Positions 61,723 through 64,000 of a stretch of DNA of 64,000 bases are shown here, piece by piece. How positions within the stretch are numbered: position 1 is the first letter of the stretch; the number at the start of each line of letters is the position of its first letter. The DNA is from Deltaproteobacteria bacterium. Lineage in GTDB: Bacteria > SAR324 > JACQKK01. The stretch lies in the NCBI GenBank assembly GCA_029858505.1, contig JAOUEW010000004.1, positions 131,779 through 195,778 on the forward strand, read 5' to 3'. A model generated the notes under the pieces. That model was not told the origin of the DNA and ran no database searches. It saw only the letters and a list, made by a program, of their open reading frames with translations. Position numbers and translations under genes: made by a program.

Positions 61723-63162
61723 ATGACCTCTCCTCCCAATTCCTCTAAATCAACCTCCCCCTTTCTGGCCTCCAGTCTTCTCCGCACCCCCATTCAGCGG
61801 GTGCTTGCCCGGGGGCAAGCGGGGGAGAAGGTGCGGGTGCAGGGCTGGGTGCGCACCCGGCGCGACAGCAAGGGGGTCACGTTTTTAGAGCTGAACGACG
61901 GCTCGTGCCTGGCCCATTTGCAGGTGGTGGCCGAGGCCGGGCACCCGGCCCTGAGGGAGCTGGCCCCGGTGACCACCGGCTCGGGGGTGGCCCTGGAGGG
62001 CCTGCTGGTGCAAAGCCCCGGCGCCGGGCAGGCGGTGGAACTGCGGTTGGAGCGGGTGCTGCTGGCCACGCCCTCTCACCCGGAATATCCCCTGCAAAAG
62101 AAGCGGCATACCCTGGAATACCTGCGCACCATTGCCCACCTGCGCATGCGCTCCAACACCCTGGGGGCGGTGTTCCGGGTGCGGGACCGGCTGTTCCACG
62201 CCATCCATGGGTTCTTTCGGGAGCGGGGGTTTTTGTTTCTGGCGGCGCCCATCATCACCGCCAGCGATGCCGAGGGAGCGGGGGCCATGTTTCGGGTGAC
62301 CACCCTGGATGTGGAAACCCCCCCCCGGTCTTCCTCCGGGTCGGTGGATTGGTCGAAAGATTTCTTTGGCAAGGGGGCCCACCTCACCGTGTCGGGCCAG
62401 TTGGAGGGCGAAGCCTTTGCCTTGGCCTATCACGACGTGTATACCTTTGGCCCCACCTTTCGGGCGGAGAACTCCAACACCGCCCGCCACGCGGCGGAGT
62501 TTTGGATGGTGGAGCCGGAAATGGCCTTTGCCGACCTGGCCGCCGACCGGGCCCTGGCCGAGGCCTTTGTGCGGGAGGTGCTGGGCCAGGTGCTGGAGCA
62601 ATGCCGAGAGGATTTCGCTTTGTTTGAGAAACACTGGGAGCCAGGGCTGTTGGCCAAGCTGGACCACGTGGTGAAGTCATCCTTCGAGGTGATGGATTAC
62701 GGCGAGGCGGTGGGCCATTTGGAAACATCCGGCGAGGCGTTTCAGTTCCCCGTGAGTTGGGGGGCCGACCTGCAAACCGAACACGAACGCTGGCTGACCG
62801 AAAAGAAAGTGGGCCGGCCCCTGTTTGTGGTGAACTACCCCAAGGCCATCAAAGCGTTTTACATGCGGGCCAACGATGACGGCCGGACGGTGGCGGCCAT
62901 GGACCTGCTGGTGCCAGGGGTGGGAGAAATCATTGGGGGCAGCCAGCGGGAAGACCGGGAAGACGTGCTGAGGGAGCGGATGAGAGAAATGGGCCTGCCC
63001 CTGGAAGACTATCAATGGTATTTAGACCTGCGGCGCTATGGGGGGGTTCCCCACGCGGGGTTTGGCATGGGGTTCGACCGGCTGTTGATGTACATCACCG
63101 GCATGAGCAACATTCGCGACGTGATTCCCTTCCCCCGGGTGCCGGGGTATGTGGAATTTTAA
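61723..63162 (+). CDS. asnS: Asparagine--tRNA ligase
   Basis: Class IIb aaRS; N-terminal OB-fold (VRVQGWVRTRRDSKGVTFLELNDGS); AsnRS-type motif FRAENSNTARHAAEFWMVEPEMAF; motif 3 GFGMGFDRLLMYITG. Confidence 0.85.
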   Translation: MTSPPNSSKSTSPFLASSLLRTPIQRVLARGQAGEKVRVQGWVRTRRDSKGVTFLELNDGSCLAHLQVVAEAGHPALRELAPVTTGSGVALEGLLVQSPGAGQAVELRLERVLLATPSHPEYPLQKKRHTLEYLRTIAHLRMRSNTLGAVFRVRDRLFHAIHGFFRERGFLFLAAPIITASDAEGAGAMFRVTTLDVETPPRSSSGSVDWSKDFFGKGAHLTVSGQLEGEAFALAYHDVYTFGPTFRAENSNTARHAAEFWMVEPEMAFADLAADRALAEAFVREVLGQVLEQCREDFALFEKHWEPGLLAKLDHVVKSSFEVMDYGEAVGHLETSGEAFQFPVSWGADLQTEHERWLTEKKVGRPLFVVNYPKAIKAFYMRANDDGRTVAAMDLLVPGVGEIIGGSQREDREDVLRERMREMGLPLEDYQWYLDLRRYGGVPHAGFGMGFDRLLMYITGMSNIRDVIPFPRVPGYVEF

Positions 63163-63219
63163 CCGGCTGGCTTCCGATTTTTTGCTTTCACCCGCCGTTC
63201 CTGTGGCGCGCCGTTGGCC

Positions 63220-63510
63220 TTAAGTGTGGGTGGGGTGGGCCGCGATGCGGCGGATCATCTGTTGGATGATGTGATCCAACTCGGCATCGCTGGGGTTGGG
63301 GTCTAAAATCACCGAACCCTCCTGGGCGTAATGGGCGGGCACCGCGTTCATGGTGGCGGCGAACAAATCCTCCACGCAAATGCGGCAGCCGCAAAACCCC
63401 TGGGCTTTTTGCAGGGCTTCCCGCATGCGCTTCACCACCCGCAGTTTGTTGCGGTTTTGAATGGTGCTCAGGTTGTAACCGTTTACCACCAAAGGTTCAG
63501 GAATTTTCAT
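63220..63510 (-). CDS. comFB: ComFB-family (late competence development protein-like) small Cys-cluster protein
   Basis: 96 aa; GFCGCRICVEDLFAATMNAVPAHY matches the ComFB Cys motif as recalled. Confidence 0.55.
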   Translation of the reverse strand: MKIPEPLVVNGYNLSTIQNRNKLRVVKRMREALQKAQGFCGCRICVEDLFAATMNAVPAHYAQEGSVILDPNPSDAELDHIIQQMIRRIAAHPTHT

Positions 63511-63632
63511 AAGAACCTGTTTGATTTGGGGGAAATAAATAAAATGGGATATTTTTCTGTCAACCTAAGGCCATCATAATCCAATTCCACTGAAAAAAAT
63601 AAGCCCCCCATGGAATTTAGCCCCAACCGCCC

Positions 63633-64000
63633 GTGAATATTCTCCGCTCTGAAGCCATTGTGCTGCGCCGCCGTGACTTCAAGGAGCGGGACCTGCTGGT
63701 GACCCTGCTCACCCGGGACCGGGGGCGGCTGGACGGGGTGGCCAAGGGGGCCCGGGCCCTCACCGGGCGGGGGGCCGCCTCCTTTCAGGCCCTTACCCAT
63801 GGCATGGTGTTTTTTGGGGAGAAACCCGCTGGCGGGCTGGTGTCCATCCGCAAGTTAGACCCCCTTCCCCCCCATTTTACCCTGCAGCCCGACTACGACG
63901 GCTTTCTGCTGGCCAGTTACTTCAGCGAATGGCTGATGCTGTGCGAGGTGTCTCCCGCCGACGCGGAGCGGTGGTTTCTGCTGCTGCTGGGGGGGTTAGA
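63633..64000 (+). CDS. recO: DNA repair protein RecO (N-terminal part; truncated by the window end; GTG start)
   Basis: VNILRSEAIVLRRRDFKERDLLVTLLTRDRGRLDGVAKGAR... matches the RecO N-terminal OB-fold region; the upstream ATG at 63611 is followed by a stop after 8 codons. Confidence 0.6.
   Translation, partial: MNILRSEAIVLRRRDFKERDLLVTLLTRDRGRLDGVAKGARALTGRGAASFQALTHGMVFFGEKPAGGLVSIRKLDPLPPHFTLQPDYDGFLLASYFSEWLMLCEVSPADAERWFLLLLGGL

Overview
This is a high-GC (~60%) bacterial chromosomal segment of unplaced lineage, dominated by housekeeping genes. Main housekeeping genes identified:
- Transcription and translation: rpoB-rpoC on the minus strand, glyQS, asnS, tRNA-Arg(CCT), rluA-family pseudouridine synthase.
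- DNA metabolism: uvrD-type helicase, tmk, holB, rnhA, partial recO.
- Other metabolism: ribF, hemE, fabI, queF, dapB, gcvPA-gcvPB.
- Envelope and stress: plsC, an Hsp20 small heat-shock protein, htpX-lemA, an S41 C-terminal processing protease.

Between these genes sit several accessory or atypical blocks.
- A lower-GC stretch (about 14.5-21.3 kb) carries two tandem DUF3015-like four-cysteine secreted proteins, a DUF4105-containing outer-membrane-type protein, a lipoprotein alpha/beta hydrolase, and a roughly 540-bp AT-rich non-coding island with short repeated motifs.
- Directly downstream of that island are a phage-CI-type HTH regulator and a hybrid receiver-histidine kinase that lacks a sensor or transmembrane domain.
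- A 1329-aa lipoprotein adhesin has about nine cadherin/Ig-like tandem repeats, some nearly identical at the nucleotide level, and a C-terminal lactonase-type beta-propeller.
- An orphan ParA-like ATPase is co-oriented with a Trm112-like protein, opposite a pseudo-receiver-GGDEF cyclase.
- A stand-alone JAMM/MPN+ isopeptidase is present with no Ubl or E1 partner in the window.
- A Kv-type channel has a Cys/His-rich tail.
- A lipoprotein carries two C-x4-CH motifs.

The most structured unexplained signal is two dispersed intergenic repeat families: family A (three copies, G/C-tract hairpins, each just 3' of a gene in the same relative orientation) and family B (at least five copies, including a tandem pair, each a multi-hairpin unit with compensatory stem changes). 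Both look like uncharacterised structured MITE- or sRNA-like elements.

Several intrinsic terminators and leader hairpins (in the rpoB leader and the gcvPA leader) are visible. No CRISPR array, rRNA, or transposase or integrase gene was detected. All calls rest on motif-level reading of the translations and the raw sequence; no database searches were run.
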